The notes under the pieces were generated by a model, which did not search any database, was not told where the DNA came from, and worked only from the letters and a program-made list of their open reading frames with translations. From Takakia lepidozioides (Eukaryota > Plantae > Bryophyta): DNA of 64,000 nucleotides. Shown here piece by piece: positions 39,060 through 50,200 of this stretch. The stretch lies in NCBI GenBank assembly GCA_030704615.1, contig CM060732.1, positions 2,914,001 to 2,978,000 of the forward strand, read 5' to 3'. Position numbers and translations under genes: made by a program. Positions within the stretch are counted from its first letter, which is position 1. Every line of letters starts with the position of its first letter.

Positions 39060-39957
39060 GCTTGGCTTGCGGTCCACATACAATGGTACGCCCATCGGAT
39101 AGTAGAACTGTACTGCTGCCAGTACCTCAGACTCTGGCCACACAAAGGTCCGACATATGTCTTGCCTACCAGTAACCTGTTTTGATCGAACTAAGATATT
39201 ACTATATCGTTCACTTGTTTCCACGTGCATGTATTTTTGTATGTTGGAGGGTTCATGTTTTTCTGCTTTCCGAAAACTTGCTCTCCTCATTCGACCTCCG
39301 ACAAGGAAATGCGGCGCCGAATTTCCAAGTATCGTCGTAGGTACCCCAGAGGCGGCCTTCGCCAACACCAAACCGCTCCGAAATTTCGCACGTGCGAACC
39401 CTAATGCGGCACCCTATTTCCCAGTTCAGTTGCAAACCTTTCCCGCCGAATACCCGAAGAAGACAGAATTGTGAAGTACTGCAGACTGTATTGGTGCAGA
39501 CTCCATTGGTTCAATCGCGGCAAAAGGGTCAGCTTCATTCCAATGTTAAGGCATGTAAAACCGCGGAATACTCTATACAGGCCAGTATGCGACGTCCTTT
39601 TGCAGTGGTATACTGGATTTCCCGTTGCACGGTCACTTATTTCCATGAGCGGATCTATAAAACCATGAGCGGACTTGTTACTGACGACATATCTTCGCCG
39701 CATTACATGATCTGGAACGTCCAAAAACGGCAAGGTCAAATAAAAAACTATTATTTTAATACTTGTTTAATCTGCCGCATTTCCAAATTTGGAGGAGTCT
39801 GCTCATGAAATCCGCGTATCTTAGACTTCGGCTCACCGCTCATGCGGCTCATGCGGCTCATGGCTCATGGCTCATGGTTTCTGCTCATGAAATAGTAAAC
39901 CTCCCTAGGGTCCCCACTACCACACTCGCAACACGGAATTCAAAAAAATGCTGAAGG

Positions 39958-40860
39958 ATGATGGCGGTGTTTGGTGGCCAGCCAAAATCCCCTCTAACCC
40001 CTCTTACTATGAAAGCTGTGAAAACTGGCTCAGCAAAGAAGACACTCTTCAACCTCCCGGGGGGGCACCCGTGCGAGCTAGTGGAAATGAAGGGCAGGCC
40101 AAAGTTGGAGCCAAAAACAGTGATTCAGTGTGCGAATGAGAGTTTTTTGAGGGCATTGGATGGCCGGCCGGCCGCCAAGTTAGCACACATCAAGCAAATG
40201 GAAGGCCTGAAAGCCAAAGCTCTAAGGAAGGCGACTGCAGAAGAGCCTGTAGACACTCCAGGATTTGTAGTCATGATGGATTTCTTTGCAATGACAAGTG
40301 AAGGGAAGAATTGCATGAGGCGTGGAAAACGGACTGACTGGTCATTGATTTGATCATCTTTGGATATTCCAGATGGAGAGCCTCTGGAAGGACTGGATAT
40401 TGTGCCCTCTTGGAGCAAGTATTTCTGAGGACTTTTGGAAGAAAGGGTTTGGGCTAGCTTGCATGGTATTGGATGACAAAGGTTGTGTGGTGGTCCTTGC
40501 CAGCAAAGGCAAAAACACAGAGGCGGGAATTGCCAAGTGGACCCGTAAGAGTGGCGTCCCAATTCTGAAGAAGATGTGGACCTGCATCAACTCAATGGGC
40601 CTTCGCTCCAAGGGAAACCAGATAATTACCGTACTGCCAAACAGAAACCGGTTGGCATTTGTAACTGTGGATTGGAATGCGGTGCCAAATTCTGCTTATG
40701 AATGGGGTCCATTGGATTTCGGCGGCACGGCATCCGTGCAAAGGAATTGCGGACGATGCTACAGGAACAGTATTTCAGCACTCAGGAGACTATGTATGGA
40801 GATGAGAATGAGTTTGCAGACATTGCCCTTCATTGCTTATACTCCACAAGATATTTGATT
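39958..40860 (+). pseudogene. Third, fragmentary copy of the ParB-methyltransferase gene (motif IV exon), followed by an oppositely oriented scrap resembling exon 1 of gene A
   Basis: KTGSAKKTLFNLPGGHP..IILDIPDGEPLEG..EDFWKKGFGLA.MVLDDKGCVVVLAS is closely similar to 41590-42200 (minus). 40700-40745 minus reads SFARMPCRRNP, versus SFARMPCFRNR in gene A. Confidence 0.85.
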
Positions 40861-41019
40861 TCCCCCCTTACAGGGACTTGCACGGATGAAGATTGACGGC
40901 TCTATGAATGGAGCCGTTTTCAGTTTCCATCTGTGCCATGGAAACCATGCGCCGCTTTTCTCATCGGACTGTACGTACCCGGTGGAAATAAGGTGCCGCA
41001 ATTGCTTTCGCGGATCCTA

Positions 41020-41155
41020 TGACCGCGGATAAGTACCCTATTCCTGTGGACAATCATTTCTGAAAAAAATTACTGCTCATGATTTTTTCGGCAGTTACGA
41101 GTCTGCTCATGGCTCATGCCGCTCATGGCTCATGGCTCATGAAATAGCAGCCCCC
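41020..41155. mobile_element. MULE terminus (GCTCATG repeats plus GAAATAGCAGCCCCC) that truncates gene A in its last visible intron
   Basis: Nearly identical to the TSD-validated end at 49770-49907. Confidence 0.85.
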
Positions 41156-41237
41156 CATTACCACATGGCGCTTCAGATGTTGCGAACTACATCCTAACGA
41201 GAATTTGCAGAACAGCATAGATCAAGATTCTGCATAC

Positions 41238-44200
41238 CTGTCCCACAGATGAGGTCCAGCACTGTGCCCTCCACGTCTGTGCATGTCTCCATAATTGTCT
41301 GAATGAAGGCAAGGCTCCGAGTCCGTGAGTACGCAGGGGTTCCGTTGAAGTGAGGCTATGAGGGAGAAGTTCCTTGGGAACGTTGTTGAACAGAACGTCG
41401 TAATCGAGGGGGTCGCAGTTCGGGTCAACCTTTCCTCCCTCCTTCCAGAAAGCAAAGGTGGAGTTCTCCTTCACAAAGCAGTATGCATCGAACTGCTTCG
41501 TCTTCATACACAGGGGGGAACGATTAGAAACCGAATGCGGCACCGCATTTGAAAACACCCAAGCAAATGAATGGACGAGTGCCAGTGTCGTAATCACCTT
41601 CTTCCCTTCCAACCGAAGGCCCAGTGTGTTGATGCACGTCCACTTCTTTTTCAGAATCGGGACGGCGCTCTTGCGGGTCCACTTCGCAATTCCTGTCTGA
41701 GTGTTTTTTCCTCTGCTCGCCAGGACAACCACACAGCCTCTGTCATCCAACACCATGCGGGCAAGCCCGAATCCTTTCTTCCAAAAGTCCTCCGAGTACC
41801 TGTTCCAAGATGGCAAAGCTTGCAGTCCTTCCACAGGCTCTCCGCCCGGAATATCCAAGATGATCATATCGCAAGACCACTCGGTGGCATTTCCGCCCCT
41901 CCTACAATCCTTGTCTGCACACACCCTCTCAAAGAATGAGACCATATTCTGAAATCCTGGGGTGTCGGAAGGCTCTTCGGCAGTCGCCTTCTTCAGTGCT
42001 CTGCCCTTCAGACCCTCCATGGTCTTCATGTATGCCAACTTGGCTGCCCGTCCATCCAAAGCCGCCAAGAAACTCTCATTTACACACTGGACTACTGTTT
42101 CGGGAGCCACTTTCGGCCTCTTCATTTCCACCGGCTCGAAAGGGTGCCCCCCTGGGGGGTTGAAGAGTGCCTTCTTTGCCGAGCCAGTTCTCGTGCCTCT
42201 CGTGACAACGGTGGGCACAGGGGAGGCAGCCTGCGTTTGGGGGGGTAGGCTGGTTGCAAAGTCTCCATCGGAGTCCTCTTCCTCACCCTCTTCCTGAACA
42301 GGCTGTTTCTGCTTCTTCGTTTTGGCGGGTGTCACAACAGCTGCTCCTTGCTGGCGAGTCCTCTTCTTGGACCCCTTCTGTTGGGCCTGCACAGCTGCAT
42401 CCACCGTCTTTTGTGCCATCTCAGCTGCCTTTCTGGATTCTTCCAAAGCAGCAGATTCCTTTGCCGACTTTGGCCCAGCAGGGACACGTCTTTCCTTTCT
42501 CTTCTCTTCTGCCAAGGCGTGCAGATCTTTCTCAGACTCGTCAACAATACCGCCAGACATGTCCAGGTACCACGGGCATCCAACGAGATGCGCGGGATGC
42601 CATTGTTTCTGCATCTCGGGTGTGTAGACACAGCTTGGGCCCGCCACGGTCCAAGCCATGAAGAACGGGGGCTCTTGAGCCAGGGCCCCTGTCTGAAGGA
42701 GCACGTATTTCATATACCTGCAAGGCAGTCAGCATGCGTGAGCATAAGATTGGACGAACCTACTCGCAGAGTGCCACCGAAAACATAAAATGCGAATGCG
42801 GTGCCGCATTTCCGAGACAAACCTCGTAACCAGGCTTCGCATACAAGGGCAGCTGTGCTTCACCTGTAAACAATTCGCATTGCAGCTTTCCCCGCTCCCT
42901 CCTGATGTGTAAACTCCACGCTCCTTCTTGCTGTCTGTAGCTCTCTGGCGAAAAGGTTGTCCTTGTACGCACATCTGAAACGTGTCACGTAGTCTTCCAA
43001 TGTCTGTGTTCCATCCCATTTGACATACAAGCCGAACGAATTTGTGTGCATTACGACTTGCTCCTTCGCATTCGACATTACCTGCGATTCCCAAATGCAT
43101 TGTCACGTAGCAGTTCAGGGAATTCATTTCAGAAACGCAAATCTGGGGAAGTACCTTGAATTACCTGGAACCACCAAGTCATGCGGTTGAGCCACACATC
43201 CACTGCAGGGTCGGAAACTTCGAGTGGAAAAGACCACATTGTCCTTATGCTCTCGGATGCATTCCAGATCGACAGCCACCGTGTCTGCCATTTCTGATCC
43301 AATGTCAGGAGCTGGAAGAGAGTGGCTATTGCTAGGAAGGAACTTCAGTGCATTGAAACCTCACCTTCTCTTTCGCCTCCACACATGCCGTTGAGAGGTG
43401 ATGCAGTTTCTCCAATTGCATGGTCGGCTGCATGGCCCGAGAATAGTGTTTTGCAATCTCGGGGATGAAGTCCTTTCCAAGTGCCGGATCTGCAATTGCC
43501 ACCAGCTTCACAAGCTTTGACTTGTATTTGGTTCTGGACTTGACACCGGCTTCCTTCAAGTGCTCAGTCAATGACTGCAACGTTTTGACCTGCCCCTCAC
43601 TTTCCATGAAGAAGCGTTTGGCATGGGCCAAATCCAGCTTGATGTTTGACTGCCAACAAAAACATGCAGAAGCGTTACATTCAATTCATGTGGAAAGATT
43701 ACTGGAAATTGGGGAAGGATGAGCAGAGGGAAATGGGAGGATGACTTACTTCGTATATCACCTCCACCATTCCATCCATAGTGAGACGATACCATGTCCG
43801 GTCTGTTTTTGCAACGGCTTTCTGAATGAGCTCGGGCTCCAGCATTTCCGCAAACATCTGCGGATCAGTGAGACCAGTTTTCCTCACCCTATACAGCATA
43901 TGTGCCATGTGGGTATGCACGTACGCATTCTCAGTGACCCTGCAAGGCACACTCTCCAGTTCAGTACACGGAAGCACGGAAACAAACCAGAATGGAAACC
44001 GAATGCGGCACCGCATTTCGAACGTGCTAGGGAGGGTATGAGTATCTTACGAGTTGAGGTCCGCCATGGCATTCTTGAGCAGGGAGGAGTCTGCCGCCTT
44101 CACCTTGAGGATGACACACTCCACCATGTAATGCCAGCCAATGTGCTTGGCATGGTTCTGCTTGATGTACTCCCACCAGGCCAGAAGTCGGTGATTCCCG

Positions 44201-45653
44201 TCCCACACAAAGAACATTTTACCCGACATATGGCCGAAGTCTGGATCACCCTTCAGCGTCACCTCGAATTCGTCGTTGCGAGTGTGCCAGTGGGTATCCC
44301 ACGTTGACAATTCATCTGCAAGGCACACTCTCCAGTTCAGTACACGGAAGCACGGAAACAAACCAGAATGGAAACCGAAATGCGGCACCGCATTTCGAAC
44401 GTGCTAGGGAGGGTATGAGTATCTTACGAGTTGAGGTCCGCCATGGCATTCTTGAGCAGGGAGGAGTCTGCCGCCTTCACCTTGAGGATGACACACTCCA
44501 CCATGTAATGCCAGCCAATGTGCTTGGCATGGTTCTGCTTGATGTACTCCCACCAGGCCAGAAGTCGGTGATTCCCGTCCCACACAAAGAACATTTTACC
44601 CGACATATGGCCGAAGTCTGGATCACCCTTCAGCGTCACCTCGAATTCGTCGTTGCGAGTGTGCCAGTGGGTATCCCACGTTGACAATTCATCGGCAGTG
44701 GGTCCACGAGTTTTGCCGTCCTCATTCTCAATGGAAACGTAAAACGCTGCCGATCCCAGACGGTACCCTTCTCGAAATGCGAACTTGAGCTTATCCACAT
44801 CTCCGGGAAGGGCCTGCCTGACGATGGGAAGGGAGACCATGCGACAGAGTGGGATTCGAAGAGTCCGCTGGAATACCCTGCTGCCCAGAACTCTGCCAAT
44901 GCTACTGTGTGTCTCCTCCAACATGTCATGAGTCATGGGGCTCCTCCAAGTAAAGTCGATTGCAGCCGTTGTACCGCCCCTAGTGATGTTCACCACAATG
45001 TCCTGCCCTTCAATCATACCACCATCGAATATGGAAATCTTCACGTTTTTGTCGTCCACACCAATGCGAATGTCCCCATACAATGGAGAAGAGGAGCGCA
45101 CTCCTTCAGGAGAATAGGTCTCTCCGATGGAGTCCACCCACGTCCAGTGGCAGCAGTTCCACCGCAACAGCATAGCAGTGCGCCTTCTTCTGCATGGGTG
45201 ACCGTCGTAGCTGGGAAAATCGGAATCGAGGATGCGCAGGAGCCACGGACTCCTCAGACCAAGATCGTCACCCCGCTCGAAGGCGTAGTGGCCTAGGATA
45301 TACTCAAAAGCCACCACAATCGAACCAGTATCTTCTCTGTAATCTGTGTACCAGATAACAATGTCTCCCGATGTGGCCGAATACATTGCATAGTCGATGC
45401 CTCCAAATGGGCAGTTGTCCCGGTTCCGGAAGCACGGCATCCTTGCAAAGGAGGACCTGAGGACGACTTGGATGCAGATGACAATGACCTTGCGGACAGC
45501 TACGAAGCCCTTAGATTTTCGAAATGATGCGAAGCGGAAGAGCAGTCCGGCCTCCAATAATGGAGCATCTGGGTCCCACGTACCCACCGACGGAGGTGGA
45601 ACGTGTTCATCACGCCAGCGGTGGATGAACCCATACATCTTTCTCATCAACAA
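41238..45653 (-). pseudogene. Gene A: multi-exon ParB/Srx-like domain, helical region, and beta-class amino (N6-A/N4-C) DNA methyltransferase-like domain
   Basis: FFVWDGNHRLLAW (core at 44565-44579); MIILDIPGG (motif IV position, 41841-41864), VLDDRGCVVV; frameshifted RSLAFIQTIMETCTDVEGTVLDLICGTG (motifs X-I, 41238-41320). GT-AG introns; final exon absent beyond the MULE end. Confidence 0.75.
43940..44692. repeat. Near-perfect 376/377-bp tandem duplication (ParB exon 3' half plus intron)
   Basis: 43940-44315 matches 44316-44692 apart from a 1-bp indel. Confidence 0.95.
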
Positions 45654-45689
45654 GTTATAGTTTCAGATTTGCCACCGAAGTCCATCCCC

Positions 45690-46690
45690 CCGAATGGAAA
45701 TTCGGCGCCGCATTTACATCGAAGAGGGGATGGACTTCATCGTGTCCAGTGGCTATCGGCCCACCTGGCAGTGATTGCCCATAGTTTGCATGGCAGGGTA
45801 GGAAACTGAAACGGCTACATTCATGCAGCAGCCAATCTTCATCGGTCCAGGATCCTGTAGGGGGGAAATTTAAATGTGCCCTGGAGTGTTTGTGAGGAAT
45901 TGCAGCGTGAGCTTGAACTTTTTCCAGCCACCGCGCTGCTCATTTCTACAATTTGTCTGTCCGGATGAATATACCAGAGTAACCGGTATGAGAGTCATGT
46001 GTCAAGAATATACCAGAGTAACGCCATGTCGGACATTGGAATGCGGCGCCGCATTTCCATGCCGGACAAGGAAATGCGGTGCCGCATTTCAATGCCGACA
46101 TGAAAATGTATGAACCGCATTTCAGTGTCGGACAATGGAATGCAGTGCATCATTTCCGTCCAGGTACACAAAATACCAACACGGGTCTATAAATTGGACA
46201 GACAACGAGGTTGGCATTGCGAATGCGGCGACGCATTTCCAGCTTGGCAATGGAAACTTCTTTTTGGACAAGGGAATGCGGTGCCGCATTTCCGTCCAAC
46301 ACTTCGAAAAGTGTGACATTTCCGACCAGCGCGATGGAATGCGTTACCGCATTTCCGTGAGTGGGTCTGCAAAAGGACAAATTGCGATGTCCGTTCTGGA
46401 AATGCGGCACTGCATTTCCAATTCCGCCATCTCGACCTCCTTGTTCGACCTCTGTAAGCGTGGTGGCATCCATGCAATGAGCGGGAGAGGCCAAAACTGG
46501 CGTGTGGACAAAGGAAATTTTGGAAATGCGGCACCGCATTTCCAATCGGCCGATTACTTTTTACTGTGCCAACATTGAAATGGAAAATTTAGTCCCTCCC
46601 CTGTTTTGGAAAAGCGGTGCCGCATTTCCAAAAGAGGTTTTTAGAGTTGCCAAAATTTTGGAAATGCGGTGCCTCATTTCTGATTTTGGG
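45690..46690. repeat. Cluster of ~12 GAAATGCGG-NN-CCGCATTTC palindromes in the divergent intergenic region
   Basis: Copies near 45696, 46039, 46070, 46137, 46222, 46273, 46337, 46398, 46522, 46609 and 46660. Confidence 0.9.
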
Positions 46691-46744
46691 AGCGTCGTGG
46701 TTTGGGCGATTGTGTGGCTGGAATGCACACTGGAGAGGGGTCAC

Positions 46745-47215
46745 CCTTATTGCAAGCTCAAACAGTGTGCGGCCACGCACACTGTTTGAGCCCCCTTGTC
46801 TGCTTGTTTTTTGCTGTGAAAATTTACCTAGGGCCACTCTGGCAAGTTGAAACGACCCCTTATTGGAAGCTCAAACAGTGTGCAGCAACGCACACTGTTT
46901 AAGCCCCCTCTCTGCTTGTTTTTCTCTGTGAAATTGGGCCAAACAGGGCCAATATGCATGCTCAAAACACCCATAGTTGGTAGCACGACGAGTGTATGGC
47001 AACGCACATTGTTTGTGCCCCCTTTTTGGCCCCCTCTCTGCCTGTTTTTTTTGTGGGAATATGCCACATAGGGCCAAATATCATGTTCAAAACACCACTA
47101 TTTGGAAGTTGAAACATTGTGCCGCAACGCACAGTATTTTTGGCCCCCACACTGCTTGTTTTTTGATGAGAAATTGGGCCACATAGGGCCTGTCTGCCAT
47201 GCTCAAAACACCATC
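46745..47215. repeat. Four diverged ~115-125-bp tandem units, each with a hairpin (CTCAAACAGTGTGC..GCACACTGTTTGAG)
   Basis: Units start near 46748, 46860, 46973 and 47098. Confidence 0.75.
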
Positions 47216-47261
47216 GTTTCATGCCTCTCTCTTATATCAATTTGAATGAACAACTCTGCAG

Positions 47262-50200
47262 GAGAAGATGCAAAGTGTGGCGGATGAGATCCCTTCGGGG
47301 CAGGGGAAGGAGATCATTGTTGATGTGGACGATGAGTTCTATGAAAGCAAAGCTGCTGAGATGCTGGGGGGTCAGAAGGTAAACTCTCAGCTTGTGGTGC
47401 AAAGTATGCTTTGCCCCGGGTGGGAGGTTGAAGATTCCCCTGTGTAGGTTGGTTTCCATGCCCGTCGTTCGTCCACCCCTCATCAAGGACATCCTGAAGC
47501 TGGAGGCCGAGTTTGTTCATGGGTATTTGGATGGATCCGCAGTCTTTTACGTTTCTACAAAGGATTCCAGAGGCAATGAGCTCCTTGTGGATGAGTCAAT
47601 CATGGACTCCTAGGATCCCATTTGGAGACAGGTGAACGAATCCTTCGAACTTCTTCTCTCCAGGAAACCTTCCACCCAGGCATTCTTAGGGAAGATGTTT
47701 CACGTTTGGGATGGCAACCACCGATTGCTTGCATGGATGGCTGTCATTGGGAGGCTGCACTCACAGGAGGAAGAATGACATTACTCTATTCGATCGATGG
47801 TGCTGGATTGTGACGGGAACATGATGGGTCTTCTGACGGCAATGAATGATGTGAACAAGTTGGTTTCTCATTCTACATGTTCCACTTGTGGTTCCGTGGT
47901 TCTTTGGTTCCAGTCCTCTGTTGACGGTCCTTGAATTTCATTCTGACTTTCACACATCATTCTGCAGAGGGACGGAGACATTGCATGTCAAAACGAATCT
48001 GGTTCACACACTGTACAAGATACAAAGGATCGGGCAGATGCCCTTGACCAACTTCAAGACCATCCTTTCAGCAGAGACGTACAAGAAGTGCGAAAGCTCC
48101 AAGACATCAGAAACGTGGTACTCGTTGACCCGTGAGGCTTTCATGGAGTATATGTACGCGGTGAGATACATCTTCCATCATCTGGCCTTTTGATATTCCT
48201 GCTTCCACATGTTTGTTTCTGTTTGTTTCCCTTGCCCTTGGGTTGATGCAACTCTCGTGCATTCCCTTGCAGCAAGACATTGCAGATGCAGGAGAGCGTG
48301 GCAAACTGGAATACTACAGCTCTACCCCTGAGAGAGAAGGACAGCAAAGGGCGTTGAGAGTCGCATCCAGAAGGAGATGACCGCCACATGAAGGACTATT
48401 ATGAGTGCTTTTGTGAAACAACTGAGAATTGCAGACCCAACCTTCGGACCAGAGTTCCTTCAAGAGGTGAAAAACCATTACAACAAGCCAGGCAAGCCGG
48501 AGATGGCCCAGGAGAAGTTACACAGGTTGTCTACTGCTGTTGTGTCTTCAAAACATAAGGTGAAGTGGCTACAGATATGGAACTCCGATCCCACTGTTAG
48601 GGATACCCACATGTTCGAGGTTTACTATTTCATGAGCAGAAACCATGAGCCATGAGCCATGAGCCGCATGAGCCGCATGAGCGGTGAGCCGAAGTCTAAG
48701 ACACGCGGATTTCATGAGCGGACTCATCCAAATTTGGAAATGCGGCAGATTAAACAAGTATTAAAATAATAGTTTTTTATTTGACCTTGCCGTTTTTGGA
48801 CGTTCCAGATCATGTAATGCGGCGAAGATATGTCGTCAGTATCAAGTTCACTCATGGTTTTTTAGATCCGCTCATGGAAATAAGTGACCGTGCAACGGGA
48901 AATCCAGTATACCACTGCAAAAGGACGTCGCATACTGGCCTGTATAGAGTATTCCGCGGTTTTACATGCCTTAACATTGGAATGAAGCTGACCCTTTTGC
49001 CGCGATTGAACCAATGGAGTCTGCACCAATAGAGTCTGCAGTACTTCACAATTCTGTCTTCTTCGGGTATTCGGCGGGAAAGGTTTGCAACTGAACTGGG
49101 AAATAAGGTGCCGCATTAGGGTTCACACGTGCGAAATTTCGGAGCGGTTTGGTGTCGGCGAAGGCCGCCTCTACCAGTACCTTCGACGATACTTGGAAAT
49201 GCGGCGCCGCATTTCCTTGTCGGAGGTCGAATGAGGAAAGCAAGTTTTTGGAAAGCAGAAAAACATGAACCCTCCAACATACAAAAATACATGCACGTGG
49301 AAACAAGTGAACGATATAGTAATATCTTAGTTCGAGCAAAACAGGTTACTGGTAGGCAAGACATATGTCGGACCTTTCTGTGGCCAGAGTCTGAGGTACT
49401 GGTAGCAGTACAGTTCTACAGTCGAAGTCCCATTGACAACGTGACTTGTATTCAGTAGGCACAGGGCTAAAGATTTGATTGCACAATCAGCACAGTAGAC
49501 GTGCTTCAAATGCAATTCATGTGGATCAATAAAAACCTCATTGTGCCCTCTTTTTATTCTATTCTGTGTCCATCGTTCCGAGAATGCGTCATTGCTCATT
49601 TCGTTTGGGATTGGGAGTGTGGGTGGATTTTGCAAGTGGCTGGTAGGCTGAAATGGGCCCCCATTGTACAGAGCAGTACCACCCTTCCATTCGCGAAACA
49701 TTGCCTTTCAATATATAATTCTAAATAACATTGCCGAACCTCCTTCATCGGGAGGTCCTTCTCCCCCTATGACCGTGGCACCCTAAACCCTATTCCCGCG
49801 GACACTCATTTCCGGAAAATAGTGCTGCTCATGTTTTTTTCCACACTTACGACTCTGCTCATGGCTCATGCCGCTCATGGCTCATGGCTCATGAAATAGC
49901 AGCCCCCCACATGTTCCCCAGGCCGGAGAAAGAGAAGAAGACCTAGTGTGTCATTCCTGTCAGTGACAATGTGCTCGACACATGGCTTCACAAGGCCACT
50001 TACTGGAGCCAGGTATGATGTCAATTGTTGTGTCACTTTCTTTTCGCTTTTTCTGTCATTCTTTTTCCATGTTACATTGGTTGTGATTGTTTTTGTGTTC
50101 ATTCTTGCTTCTGTATTGGTCTGCAGTTGGAGGAAAGGGCCCGGTCGGTTCTACATACGTAGCTGGCTGACTATGGGATCACCGTGACAGAACCGAAGGT

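Larger units (their letters stand above)
34282..39903 (+). mobile_element. Transposase-coding MULE; right terminus CTCATGAAATAGTAAACCTC at 39903, left terminus not visible (gap)
   Basis: 39102-39903 is the reverse complement of 48617-49419, one end of a TSD-flanked derivative. Confidence 0.75.

Noticed and set aside
39102-49419. 800-bp inverted repeats read as TIRs of one 10-kb element
   Set aside because: The true termini face inward (39903, 48617), and the right copy belongs to a separate 1291-bp element with its own TSD.
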